From the NCBI GenBank assembly GCA_964230645.1, contig CAXRHT010000003.1, positions 192,001 to 256,000 on the forward strand: a stretch of DNA of 64,000 nucleotides, read 5' to 3'. Of this stretch, positions 38,372 to 48,156 are shown one piece after another. A program made the translations under genes and the position numbers. This DNA comes from Bdellovibrionales bacterium (lineage in GTDB: Bacteria > Bdellovibrionota > Bdellovibrionia > Bdellovibrionales > JAGQZY01). The notes below the pieces were generated by a model. The model had not been told where the DNA came from and searched no databases. It saw only the letters and a list, made by a program, of their open reading frames with translations. Within the stretch, counting starts at the first letter, position 1; each line of letters begins with the position of its first letter.

Positions 38372-39941
38372 TTTTAAGCTCCCATTTTTTTGCCCATTCA
38401 ACGTTTCCACCATTTTGGCTAATTAATGACTGTCCTTTTACAGCAATCTGCGGCAAATCTAGAATATTACAAACCGTGTTGACGATATCATCATTTAATA
38501 TCGCTCGGTTCTCGCCAGGGAAAAAATTCCCACTCTCACCCCAGGTTCCTGGGTAGCGACTTTTTGTCGAGTTGTTTGCTGATTCATGGCGAATGTTTCC
38601 AATTAAACCAGGTGAAGAAATCATTCCGCTGATTAGGGTGGTAGAGGCACCAAGGAAACCATGGTCAGCACCAGACCCATCTTTTTTAGGGGTTCGGCTA
38701 AACTCACTCATAATATGAATCAAGGTCCTATCGTAAATTCCCGCTGTAGTAAGAGCGGCTCTCAATTCTGTTATACATCCAAGCAGTGATCGATAAAAAA
38801 GTGATGTATAAAAGATCGAAGCACAAGAGCCCACGCGATGTTGATCACAGGTGACGTTTCCGTGTCCCACCACACTTTGCATAACTTGGGTGGAAGCATC
38901 CACTGTTACCGACGAAGAGATATTCTCCGTTAGGGCAAACTCGGCAAAAGCAAAGGCTTGAGCGGTCTGGTTAATATGTGTGTTCTTACCGATAGTATTT
39001 TTTAAAGTTCCCTTCACAGGACGGTTTGTATTGGTATTGTAAAATACCGATTCATCAGAGGTGTCTCCAACATCTGTAACGTCGGGAAACGGAGCACGAA
39101 TTTCTTTAGAGATAATATCTCGGTACTTTTTATAGAGACCCTGCCAGCGTTTATTGAAGGAATCGAGCTTTCTAGCGAACATATCGTAGGCGGCCATTTG
39201 CTGCTTTTCAGCACCTAAAGAGGGAAAGTTATTTGAGGCTGCGTAGCGATCTAGGGCGGATATGATTTGCTTAGTTGAAGGCTGCAACTCATTCACTTTG
39301 GTGACATCCTGCTGAAAGGCGGCGATCAAATCGGGTATGGGATTTCCTCTGTTCACTTGTACAATCGAGGTACCCTTTTCACTTTTAAAAGCTTGAGTCC
39401 CATAGGTCCCCGAAAGACCAGAGGCAGCTATAGGAAGTTCGGATTTATCCGCCAAGAGACCATGAATACTGGGTGAGCTGGCAACTGGTCGAACAATACG
39501 AGTGCGATTGACGGTGTGACTGTTGAGCTCCATGTTCACGCCACGGATCATCATGGTGTCATTGAGTAGATCTTTAAACTCAATTCCGGTGGCCGCAGAT
39601 TTTAAGTTCCAAACAGGAGGCATAAAAACCTCTTGCCCGCCAAAGTCAATTTTTTTACCTGCCAAAATGGGTCGAGCACTTGAACCTGATTTTTTTAGGA
39701 GAGTACCGAAATTACCTCTAATAACATCCGCGTTTTTATTGAAGGGGTTAAGAGGCTGGTCAAAATACCACCGGGGAGAGCCACCAGGCATTTGAATATT
39801 TAAATAGTACAGGCCTCGATTGGAAGAAGCTTGGGCGAGGTTGTTACCAAGTATGGCTTCCATAAGACTATTGAGACCGTAAAAATAAGCAGAACTACAG
39901 GCAAGGTGAGCTGTTGTTTTCAAAAATTTACGTCGCTTCAT
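38358..39941 (-). CDS. DUF1501-family protein with a twin-arginine (Tat) signal
   Basis: MKRRKFLK; IQMPGG..R..FD; NSH; CDQH; DRTLIHIMSEFSRTP...GADH. Confidence 0.8.
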   Translation of the reverse strand: MKRRKFLKTTAHLACSSAYFYGLNSLMEAILGNNLAQASSNRGLYYLNIQMPGGSPRWYFDQPLNPFNKNADVIRGNFGTLLKKSGSSARPILAGKKIDFGGQEVFMPPVWNLKSAATGIEFKDLLNDTMMIRGVNMELNSHTVNRTRIVRPVASSPSIHGLLADKSELPIAASGLSGTYGTQAFKSEKGTSIVQVNRGNPIPDLIAAFQQDVTKVNELQPSTKQIISALDRYAASNNFPSLGAEKQQMAAYDMFARKLDSFNKRWQGLYKKYRDIISKEIRAPFPDVTDVGDTSDESVFYNTNTNRPVKGTLKNTIGKNTHINQTAQAFAFAEFALTENISSSVTVDASTQVMQSVVGHGNVTCDQHRVGSCASIFYTSLFYRSLLGCITELRAALTTAGIYDRTLIHIMSEFSRTPKKDGSGADHGFLGASTTLISGMISSPGLIGNIRHESANNSTKSRYPGTWGESGNFFPGENRAILNDDIVNTVCNILDLPQIAVKGQSLISQNGGNVEWAKKWELKNVKA

Positions 39942-41437
39942 TATTCGACCCCCTGTTTGAGATCCAGCGAGGGGTTACGTGTCTGAAAGGCTGGAGATTT
40001 TAAAATATCTAAAATAAGTCTTTTAAGTGATCCATGTTTTTTGAGTGATAGTCCCAATTCGACAACTTCTTCTCTATGTTTCATATAGAAAGGAGTCCCT
40101 GTTTTGTTCGCAACAGGAACGGTAATGCCAGTAAGAAATTTATAGTAGCGTTGGGCGGCACAAACGTAAGGATCATTCTGCTGAGTGAGCTTTTGCCCCA
40201 GATTATTAAGCCCTGTAACAGTCTCATCAATAAGGTTGCCATCATAATCTCGATAGTACAGATGCCCCTGTGGTGCTCGTCGAATATAGGCCGTGTCAGA
40301 GTCGGCCGTTGATTGTTGGTTCGTCCTCACCTTGTACCTTCTAAAGGGGCGCATTTGTATGGCGTTGCCGAACCCGTCAATTTTACGAATAAGGTCCCGA
40401 TAATTATTAGCTGTGGTAATGATTGGAGTGATGTTGCGAGCAGTATGGGCAAAGGGATCAAGGGTCGCATGGCACCTGGCACAGCTTCTGTCTTTTCTAA
40501 AACTCAAGTCAGATTTATTGTATTTTTTCATATAAGCACCGACGTCTTCATTGAGAAGGGTCGGTAAAGTCAGGCACAACAAATCGCTAAAGGTGTTATT
40601 GGCCATTCTTCTATGAATGCGATTGCCGCCATCAAGACGTTGGTTGGCTTCGGAATTAGCCATGATATAAGCTTGGCTTCCTAATATTCCTCCGCCAAAA
40701 TTTTCGGTCAAGTTGACGTGAGTTTCATCGTCACGAGCTGATGACCAGTCAGACTGTTCAATTGTGTCTTCATAATAGGCATAGCGCAATCTCACTCTCT
40801 TATCAGGAGGTTCAGTGACACCAACTAGATATCCGGTAGGAACTCTAGCAAAATCCAAGGCTTCCCAAGCGTCTGAGTCGGTATTGTTGCCGGGCCGTTT
40901 AAAGGGACCAGTGATAATTGGTCGGTTTCTAAACTCCACTCGCCCAATAGTATAAAGGCTTGTGGCTTTACCACGTCGGATACCGCGTAGAGGTTTAGTT
41001 CGAGTAAATATGGATTTATAGTGATTCGATCCAAACAAGGCATCCGTAATAAAAAGAGCAGGCTCTGTAGAGTCAGTAAAATTATAGACCGCTTTTTCTA
41101 AGGTTCCTCCAGCCGAGAGAGAGGTAAACCAACTGTTGTGAAATTGGTTAAAGTTTCTCAATATGGACTGAGCAACAACGTCATTTTCATTCTTTAACTT
41201 TTTAGTATTACCGGTTCTTTCGAACATGGCTTTGTTGAGTAAGTTTTCGCAGGCAGAAACAGGATCTAAAGAGCCCTCGGCGACCTTTTTATAGTCGCTT
41301 GAATTGATTTCGACTGGAAAGTCGGAAATTCGAGAATAACATTTAGAGTATATTTCTATTGGGCTCAGGTCTTGTGCATGGGAAACATGACTTAAACCTA
41401 AAATAAATAGAACTAAAATTCCGCCCCATTTTTTCAT
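39941..41437 (-). CDS. Exported monoheme c-type protein, DUF1588/DUF1585-like
   Basis: Signal peptide; GGGILGSQAYI, DLLC, SCARCHATLDPFA, LGQKL....PYVCAAQRYYKFLTG, SLKRLILDILKSPAF. Confidence 0.75.
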   Translation of the reverse strand: MKKWGGILVLFILGLSHVSHAQDLSPIEIYSKCYSRISDFPVEINSSDYKKVAEGSLDPVSACENLLNKAMFERTGNTKKLKNENDVVAQSILRNFNQFHNSWFTSLSAGGTLEKAVYNFTDSTEPALFITDALFGSNHYKSIFTRTKPLRGIRRGKATSLYTIGRVEFRNRPIITGPFKRPGNNTDSDAWEALDFARVPTGYLVGVTEPPDKRVRLRYAYYEDTIEQSDWSSARDDETHVNLTENFGGGILGSQAYIMANSEANQRLDGGNRIHRRMANNTFSDLLCLTLPTLLNEDVGAYMKKYNKSDLSFRKDRSCARCHATLDPFAHTARNITPIITTANNYRDLIRKIDGFGNAIQMRPFRRYKVRTNQQSTADSDTAYIRRAPQGHLYYRDYDGNLIDETVTGLNNLGQKLTQQNDPYVCAAQRYYKFLTGITVPVANKTGTPFYMKHREEVVELGLSLKKHGSLKRLILDILKSPAFQTRNPSLDLKQGVE

Positions 41438-41569
41438 TTTTAATCCCACTTTCCACCACTCCTCTACTATATCAAAACCCAACAGAACTACGGACAAAAA
41501 TAATCAAAGCCAAAATAAATGCATCATTATGAGATTTTTTAAAAAATATCGACAGTTTCGCCCATATTG

Positions 41570-43261
41570 TCACTCGATAGAAAGACTCTCGCCCATGGGC
41601 CCTAAAAATCTAACCATCTCAATAAATTTTTCAACAACAGAGGAGGCGACATTTCTTTTCCCTGGATTTTCTACGTTTTTAATATCGCCTTCTGAATCAT
41701 AAGTGATTTCGATTTTTCCAATACCCATCAGCTCAATCGATGAAGGTTTATCATAGCCAAGTGTGTAACCTAGGCGAACCTTGGCTTTATTACCATCTGT
41801 GAGACCAGTTATCTTACCGTTTTCATCATAGCCGATCGTGAGCGACTGACCTCTTCTGTTAGCAGCATAGTAAATTAGGTTGTTCTTATTGTAACGATAA
41901 CTCATTACCTCGGTTCCCGTCTTTTTACCGAGCTTATTTAAGATTTCTTTTATGGTTTTGGTTACCTGGTATTTGTTGAAATCATAGGTGTAGGACATCT
42001 TGTGCCATTGGATAATTTCGCGAGCTTCAGAGTATTTTTTAAATTCGCTTTTATTAACGAGTCCATTTAAATAATAGGCAAAACCCTGATAAATATTATC
42101 ATCGCGCACAGAAATGGGCCTTCCTAAGTAGGGATGGAAAAAAATGTCTTTATAGTGCTTTTCGTAGGACTCCTGAGCCCTATGTAGATATTTATCGTTG
42201 GTGAAGCTATAGTTTTTATACCAGAACTCGTGTTTTCCCTCTGTCTTGTCTTTTTTAGGACATTTCTGAGAGTAATTGCTCCAATAATGGTTTTTGGGGT
42301 CGTCATCTGAGAGTTGAAATTGAAAGACTTCCACACAATTTTTCCGGTTGGTGTATGTTTTAATCCAATCTTTTGAAATATTATACGACATCTTTATCTC
42401 AGTACTATCCGGAAATTTTACCTGAGTAAGATTGTGGTTGTTATCATAGATAAACTGATAAGTTTTTTTCCACATGTTTGTGACTTCAACGAGATTTTCA
42501 CCATTGAACTTGTATGCCGCAAAGAGTTTTCTCCCGTTAAAAATTTTGGAGAGCTTTCCGTTGCGGTCATAAGAAAAATTTAAACGTCGACCTTTTTGAT
42601 CAACCATATAGGCAATTCGACTTCCTTTGTATTGAATTTTAAGCCATAGTCCTGCAGAGTTGACAATTTGAATAAGTTGTCCCTTAAGATTAAATCTCTC
42701 AGTGGATCCATCGACTTTTTTGCGCTCGTAATATTTTCCGTTAAAATCAATACTCTCAAATCCCTTTGTTTTGGCTAAAAAGGTATTGTTTTCGGTTTTA
42801 ATTTTTTTTATGTTCACGAGTCCCATTTTATTGGCGTATTCGAAACGCATCTTAGTATTAGCCGTTAATTGAGCTCTCAAGTTTTTTAGATCATTTCCCC
42901 GTAATTTCTTATTCTTTTGGAAATCTGCGACTATTTTGTTAATGGTGTCAGCTGGTGATTTTAGATCAAAGTCTTTTGGATAATAGGTCACTTCCAGACC
43001 GCCACCACATTCTGTCAAATTGAGGATCCCATCGGAAGTGATGGTTAGATGTGTTTCCATATTAGAGCACCAACCAAAACCGAAGAGTCCTATGAAGAGT
43101 GACCGAGAGCTGTAATAGCGTTCAACTTTCATCTCTATACCATCTTGAGGGTCAATGAAGTCGACCCAAGTTTCTGTATAACTACCATTGCGAAGATTGA
43201 CACTCGACCAGGAAGCTAGAGGAAAAATAATCAATGTTATAACCAACAACAACGTTCGCAT
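41570..43261 (-). CDS. Exported YD/RHS-repeat protein with a DUF6531-like N-terminus (Bd0109-like)
   Basis: Signal peptide; VNLRNGSY...VERYYSSRS...GLFGFGWCS; repeated YD..G.L units; no RHS toxin tip. Confidence 0.85.
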   Translation of the reverse strand: MRTLLLVITLIIFPLASWSSVNLRNGSYTETWVDFIDPQDGIEMKVERYYSSRSLFIGLFGFGWCSNMETHLTITSDGILNLTECGGGLEVTYYPKDFDLKSPADTINKIVADFQKNKKLRGNDLKNLRAQLTANTKMRFEYANKMGLVNIKKIKTENNTFLAKTKGFESIDFNGKYYERKKVDGSTERFNLKGQLIQIVNSAGLWLKIQYKGSRIAYMVDQKGRRLNFSYDRNGKLSKIFNGRKLFAAYKFNGENLVEVTNMWKKTYQFIYDNNHNLTQVKFPDSTEIKMSYNISKDWIKTYTNRKNCVEVFQFQLSDDDPKNHYWSNYSQKCPKKDKTEGKHEFWYKNYSFTNDKYLHRAQESYEKHYKDIFFHPYLGRPISVRDDNIYQGFAYYLNGLVNKSEFKKYSEAREIIQWHKMSYTYDFNKYQVTKTIKEILNKLGKKTGTEVMSYRYNKNNLIYYAANRRGQSLTIGYDENGKITGLTDGNKAKVRLGYTLGYDKPSSIELMGIGKIEITYDSEGDIKNVENPGKRNVASSVVEKFIEMVRFLGPMGESLSIE

Positions 43262-43268
43262 AATTCTT

Positions 43269-44165
43269 TTACACCTTAATAGTAACAACTTTTCTAATCA
43301 TTAACCCACCAATTAGCTGTAAAGTCAGAACCACCATCAGAGCGATAATACCAAGAGTGGTGTTGAAAAGGGGTTTAATGTAATTAGGGTCCACGAAAAA
43401 GAAAACCGCCATAAGTACAAAGGGGATACAGCTAATGATTATACCTTGCATAATCCCTTGAGCAGTGAGTGCTTCAATCTTTTTTTCGACTTTTTGTCGT
43501 TCACGAATGGTAAAGGTAATGGTTTGAAAAGTCTCAGCCATGTTACCACCAGTTTCCTTTAGGATATTCACCGAGGTCACAAACATTTGAACATCTGGAC
43601 GAGGGATTCGCTCACCCAATTCGGTCAAGGCATCTTCAATTGTTTGGCCTAATTGGTTCTGAGACAAAACTAATCGAAATTCTTGGCTGATTGGATTAGG
43701 AAGATTTTTGACCACTCGATCCATCGCTTGGGTAACGCTGAGTCCCGCACGAACACCGTTTGATAAGATGGTCATGGCATCAACCATTTGATCGGTGAAC
43801 ATATTGCATCTTTTTTCATAAAGATATTTAACGATGTGTTTAGGTAAGTTCCATCCAAGAAGGGTAAAAACACCCCCGAATACAAGACCCAAGATAATGT
43901 TAGGCCAGAACAAAATAAAAAACAGGGCACCTAAACCGAAACTTCCAATCATTAAGGTTTTGGTTAGTTTGTCGCGGTCAACTTCCACGAACATTAATTC
44001 AAGATATTTTATGATCTCGTCTCTTTGTCCAAGGGAGCGTTCATTAACGAAGTGAATGATGCGATCGATCCAAATATAACTAACTGTAAATACACAAGCT
44101 GCAATGGCAAGGGCTAGCAAGGGTAGGGGTATTCCTAGTGTAAATTCAGAAATGATGTCATTCAT
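43269..44165 (-). CDS. tadB: Tad pilus inner-membrane platform protein TadB (T2SSF family)
   Basis: DAMTILSNGVRAGLS, PISQEF, ETGGNMAE, IRER...KIEALTAQG. Confidence 0.92.
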   Translation of the reverse strand: MNDIISEFTLGIPLPLLALAIAACVFTVSYIWIDRIIHFVNERSLGQRDEIIKYLELMFVEVDRDKLTKTLMIGSFGLGALFFILFWPNIILGLVFGGVFTLLGWNLPKHIVKYLYEKRCNMFTDQMVDAMTILSNGVRAGLSVTQAMDRVVKNLPNPISQEFRLVLSQNQLGQTIEDALTELGERIPRPDVQMFVTSVNILKETGGNMAETFQTITFTIRERQKVEKKIEALTAQGIMQGIIISCIPFVLMAVFFFVDPNYIKPLFNTTLGIIALMVVLTLQLIGGLMIRKVVTIKV

Positions 44166-46375
44166 GATTTATTCCCCTGCTTTTTTATTCGCGGTCGTCT
44201 CATTGAATTGGGTCGATTTTGCTTTTGGGTATTAATAGCACTTTCGTCAACTTCGTTAGAGAAGAGGTCTTTTGAAACAGGAATTCCACGTTCTTTAAGA
44301 TCTTGCACAAATTTTGGTATAAGACCCTTGGAAAGAAATTTTCCGACAATTTTTCTATTCTTGTCGTAGCCGGTCTCTTTAAAAGAAAAGACATCTTGGA
44401 GGGTCACGGCGTCGCCTTGAATTCCCTGAACCTCAGTGATATTCATTACCTTACGACTTCCATCGGATAAGCGAGAGATCTGTACTATAACATCCACAGC
44501 TCCTGCTATTTGTTCTCGAATCGCCTTGGCTGGTAAGTCCATACCAGCCATCATACAAAGTGTTTCTAGACGAGCAATGGCTTCTCTTGGGTTATTTGAG
44601 TGGACTGTGGTCATTGATCCATCATGACCAGTGTTCATGGCCGAAAGCATATCAAGGGCAGCCCCATCTCGACACTCTCCCACAACAATTCTGTCGGGTC
44701 TCATTCTTAAGGAGTTTTTTACCAAGTCACGAATGGTAATGGCTCCCGTTCCTTCCATATTAGCGGGTCGAGTTTCTAGCCTTACAACATGTTCCTGTTT
44801 GAGCTGCAATTCTGCCGCGTCCTCAACCGTAATAATTCTTTCATCCGTTGGGATAAACGAAGACATACAGTTTAGAAGAGTGGTTTTACCAGAACCAGTA
44901 CCCCCTGAGATAATGATATTTTTCCCATGGTGAACACAAAGCTTTAAGAAATCCATCATCTGTTTGGTAGCGGAGTTGTATTGCACATACTGATCCACTC
45001 CAAAAGAGTCTTTTCTAAATTTACGAATTGTAAGGGCTGGCCCATCAATGGAGAGAGGCTCAATAATAGCGTTCACACGAGATCCGTCTTCAAGCCTTGC
45101 ATCCACATAGGGAGTTTTTTCGTCGATTCTTCGTCCCAGAGGACTTACGATCCTTTCGATCACATTGCGAAGCTGAACGTTTGAAGTGAAATGGATTTTA
45201 CTAAGCTGAATTTTACCATTTTTTTCCATAAAGATCTTATTGTAACCATTAACCATAATTTCCGAGACGGAATCAATGGCTAAAAGATCCTCAAGCGGTC
45301 CTAGGCCTAGAGCCTCATCTTGAACTTCTTTGATGATTTGTTTTCGGTCTGTATTGGACATTCCTTTGGCTTCACCGTCGAGAATTTTACCAATGGCCAC
45401 TTTGACATCGTTTTGAAGTTTACGGTCTAGTTCAGGATCTTCTTTCGCCTTGGTGATGTCGTCATTTTTTAAGTTTAAATCCCGAATTAGGCGGCGGTGG
45501 ATGGTCATTTTCAAGTGTGTACGAGCATCAACTTTAGGTGCGCCCACTATGGCTGCGGCATTGTCTTGATTCGAAGACTTCTTTTTTAAATCAAGCGTCG
45601 GCTTTTGGAGTGTTTTTAACTTTTGTAGTAATCCACCAGATAGACTCCGTACCAAACTGTGGTAGCTAGAGGAAACACTGGCTTGTTTAGATGCTAATAC
45701 AAATGGTGTTCCTCTCTTTAAGGCCCCTTGAGCGGTCATTTCATCAAAGGGTATTACTCCAATGACTTTTTTCCTTAAAGATTTTTCGATACTGGGTACA
45801 GCCAATCCGGCTTTACTGTATTTGTTCACAACTGTTTGGATCATAGGCTGAGGTATCGTTGCTGCTGCTAGCTCATTGTGAAGTCTAAGAGTTTGGTTAA
45901 CTGTTAAAACTTCTGGAGTTGTTACAGAGAGAATCAGAGTGCTGATTTCAAGTGCTGAATATTGTAATTCCTCAAGCTGATTGCCTAGATCGATAAAAAT
46001 ATATTTATAAAAGTTACTTAATGTTTGAATTTGTTTGAGTGCCACCGAGGCATTAACAGTAAAGACCTCTCCAGGATTTTTAATGGCTGCGATATAGTGC
46101 AGTGGAATCTGTGGGTGCGTATTTAATACGGCACTCAAATTTCTCGAGTTGATTGTTCCGGTGAAGTTGCAAACCTCGTTAATTGTTTTAGGTTTTTGAA
46201 ATCCGGTAATGAAGTTTTGATCTCCGCAAGTGTTATGATCAAAATCAATTAGGAGGACAGGTGTTCTAAGTTCAAGACAGGTGGCTGTTGCAAGGTTAGC
46301 GGTAAAGACACTTTTACCAACGCCTCCCTTTCCACCGACGACTGAAATGATTGAACAATTTGGGTTTAAAGCCAC
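44162..46375 (-). CDS. tadA: Fused CpaE/TadZ (MinD-like) and CpaF/TadA pilus assembly ATPase
   Basis: N-terminal GGKGGVGKS deviant Walker A; C-terminal GLGPLE, SGGTGSGKTT, EDAAEL, LRMRPDRIVVGE, MNTGHDGS; GTG start with GGAGGT RBS. Confidence 0.92.
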   Translation of the reverse strand: MALNPNCSIISVVGGKGGVGKSVFTANLATATCLELRTPVLLIDFDHNTCGDQNFITGFQKPKTINEVCNFTGTINSRNLSAVLNTHPQIPLHYIAAIKNPGEVFTVNASVALKQIQTLSNFYKYIFIDLGNQLEELQYSALEISTLILSVTTPEVLTVNQTLRLHNELAAATIPQPMIQTVVNKYSKAGLAVPSIEKSLRKKVIGVIPFDEMTAQGALKRGTPFVLASKQASVSSSYHSLVRSLSGGLLQKLKTLQKPTLDLKKKSSNQDNAAAIVGAPKVDARTHLKMTIHRRLIRDLNLKNDDITKAKEDPELDRKLQNDVKVAIGKILDGEAKGMSNTDRKQIIKEVQDEALGLGPLEDLLAIDSVSEIMVNGYNKIFMEKNGKIQLSKIHFTSNVQLRNVIERIVSPLGRRIDEKTPYVDARLEDGSRVNAIIEPLSIDGPALTIRKFRKDSFGVDQYVQYNSATKQMMDFLKLCVHHGKNIIISGGTGSGKTTLLNCMSSFIPTDERIITVEDAAELQLKQEHVVRLETRPANMEGTGAITIRDLVKNSLRMRPDRIVVGECRDGAALDMLSAMNTGHDGSMTTVHSNNPREAIARLETLCMMAGMDLPAKAIREQIAGAVDVIVQISRLSDGSRKVMNITEVQGIQGDAVTLQDVFSFKETGYDKNRKIVGKFLSKGLIPKFVQDLKERGIPVSKDLFSNEVDESAINTQKQNRPNSMRRPRIKKQGNKS

Positions 46376-46393
46376 ATAACCTCCACATAAACA

Positions 46394-46421
46394 TATCGGC
46401 AAAAGCCCCGAATAAACTGAG
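46394..46421 (-). promoter_or_regulatory. Putative sigma28 (FliA)-type promoter of cpaE-cpaF
   Basis: Minus strand TCAGTTT-N13-GCCGATAT immediately upstream of the RBS. Confidence 0.55.
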
Positions 46422-46500
46422 TTTTTTCTTAAAAATTCCGCTGCTGTTCGGTGAATTTCACGCCGCCAGACTAAAGCACATCGACTTTAACGAAACCATA

Positions 46501-46607
46501 TCGTCTTGAGCGAAAACACGTTGTCTTGAGCGCAAATATGTCGTCTTGAGCGAAAACCTGTCGTCTTGAGCGAAAGACCTAAGATCCTTCGCTGCGCTCA
46601 GGAGGAC
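46501..46607. repeat. REP-like element: four 20-bp tandem half-units followed by an inverted full unit
   Basis: (t[c/t]gtcttgagcg+N8) x4 at 46501-46580, then agatccttcgctgcgctcaggaggac (24/26 identical to 56211-56236). Confidence 0.9.
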
Positions 46608-46680
46608 CCTAGCAATTCAGTCGACTTCAAAAGACTAGATTTAGGTCGTGACGAGCCTTAAAGTCGCAAAAAAGTCTATT

Positions 46681-48156
46681 TTATTCTCTCAGCCTAAATT
46701 TCCTTTTTATTTTTTCTGACCCAGCGCTTGCTGAGGGCTTAATAATCGGTGTCACAAACACTACAAATTGTGATTTATTACGCCGAAAGTCCTTCGCGGA
46801 ATAAAGGTTAAACAAGGCATCAGGATTTGAATCTGGGTTAAATTCTGTTCCTGTTGTATTTTCAATCAGCCCACCAATAGCAGCGCTTTGCCCACTTCTG
46901 ACATCCACGATCGTTTTCACAAAATTCGAAGCTGTTTGCGGGCCTTGGTCTGTTTGACCGATGAGTGAGCTGACTCGAAATTGCATATCAAGCTGAATTA
47001 TGTCCGATCTGGGATTACTAATTGTGGGAGTAATTGTCGACTCAACTCCTACTGGGACAGAGCTATTAGTAATGGCTCCGACGTTACCCGGTTGACGAAT
47101 CAAAATAGGTAAATTCTGAGTCGCATTGACGACACCTTGCTGACCCTCTTTAGTTGTGACCGAAGAGCTCTTCAACACTCGTGCAAACCCGTGTTGTTTG
47201 GCTGCATTCAATTTAGGCAACAAGTTGGTGATCACCCCTGAAATTTCGGCGATAATACCATCACTATTCTGAGTGGTGTCTTTGGTAAAAGCCACTTCCG
47301 TATTGTCCTGAAGAGCTGGCGCCCATTGGAAGGCTGAGCTTCTTAAATACTTCTTACTGAGTTCCACATAGTGTACAACAAGCTGAATAATCTTGGGTGG
47401 AGCCGATTGTGGGGGAGGGCGAATTGAGAGTAGGTTAATGACGACATCTTCTTTTCGCTTTTTAATTTTCCCTTGGGCCTCGGCCTCGTTAATAACAGGG
47501 GCGGGAACATAGGTTTTTGCAATGATCTCTGCCTTTTTCCTCTCAGTATCCGAATTTGCAATACCTTTAAGAATAAATTTACCGTTAACCGCACGTACTT
47601 CGATATCTGGATTATTAATATCTCTTTCAATAATTTCGGCAATTCGCTTTTGGGCAATGGGATTGATTTCAACAAGTGAGGCCACCTGACCGTCGTATTG
47701 TTTTATAACACCATAGATTCGGTTTAAATCATGAGGAAGTAAAACTTTCCCATCAATGATGACTTTATCGTTTACTATCTTAATCGAGATACCCTCTATA
47801 TCATGCAGGAGACCACGCACTTCTCTGACAACCTTTGTCAGTTGAGATCGACGAACATCAATCCGGTACTCAAAAAGTTTTTGACCTTTTCGATCGTGCA
47901 TAGAAAGAGTCGCTAAACCAATTTTTTTAGGAGTAAAGTGAAGAGTTTTTCTTTCACGATCCAACTCGGCCTCAACGACCGATTTAAAGTCACCATAGAA
48001 CTCAGCGTCCGGCGGGAGATGGGAGAGCACTTCATTTTGTTTAATCCCCATGTACAAAATAATGTACTTTTTGCCAATGGGATCTTCTTGTTGTGCCTGA
48101 GCGGGCACAACAAGAGTAAAGAAAATAAAGGCTAGTACAAAGTTAAAGTTTTTCAT
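46681..48156 (-). CDS. cpaC: Tad pilus secretin CpaC/RcpA-like, with BON-like domains
   Basis: Signal peptide; secretin motifs ARVL, GVESTITPT, VDVRSGQSAAIGGLI, FVVFVTPII; tad context. Confidence 0.85.
   Translation of the reverse strand: MKNFNFVLAFIFFTLVVPAQAQQEDPIGKKYIILYMGIKQNEVLSHLPPDAEFYGDFKSVVEAELDRERKTLHFTPKKIGLATLSMHDRKGQKLFEYRIDVRRSQLTKVVREVRGLLHDIEGISIKIVNDKVIIDGKVLLPHDLNRIYGVIKQYDGQVASLVEINPIAQKRIAEIIERDINNPDIEVRAVNGKFILKGIANSDTERKKAEIIAKTYVPAPVINEAEAQGKIKKRKEDVVINLLSIRPPPQSAPPKIIQLVVHYVELSKKYLRSSAFQWAPALQDNTEVAFTKDTTQNSDGIIAEISGVITNLLPKLNAAKQHGFARVLKSSSVTTKEGQQGVVNATQNLPILIRQPGNVGAITNSSVPVGVESTITPTISNPRSDIIQLDMQFRVSSLIGQTDQGPQTASNFVKTIVDVRSGQSAAIGGLIENTTGTEFNPDSNPDALFNLYSAKDFRRNKSQFVVFVTPIIKPSASAGSEKIKRKFRLRE

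Noticed and set aside
41570..43261. RHS toxin / immunity system
   Set aside because: No PxxxxDPxG cleavage motif, toxin tip or small downstream immunity gene; it has a Sec signal and sits in the tad operon.
46501..46580. Possible CRISPR array
   Set aside because: The units are contiguous 20-nt tandem repeats with no unique ~30-nt spacers, and there are no cas genes in the window.
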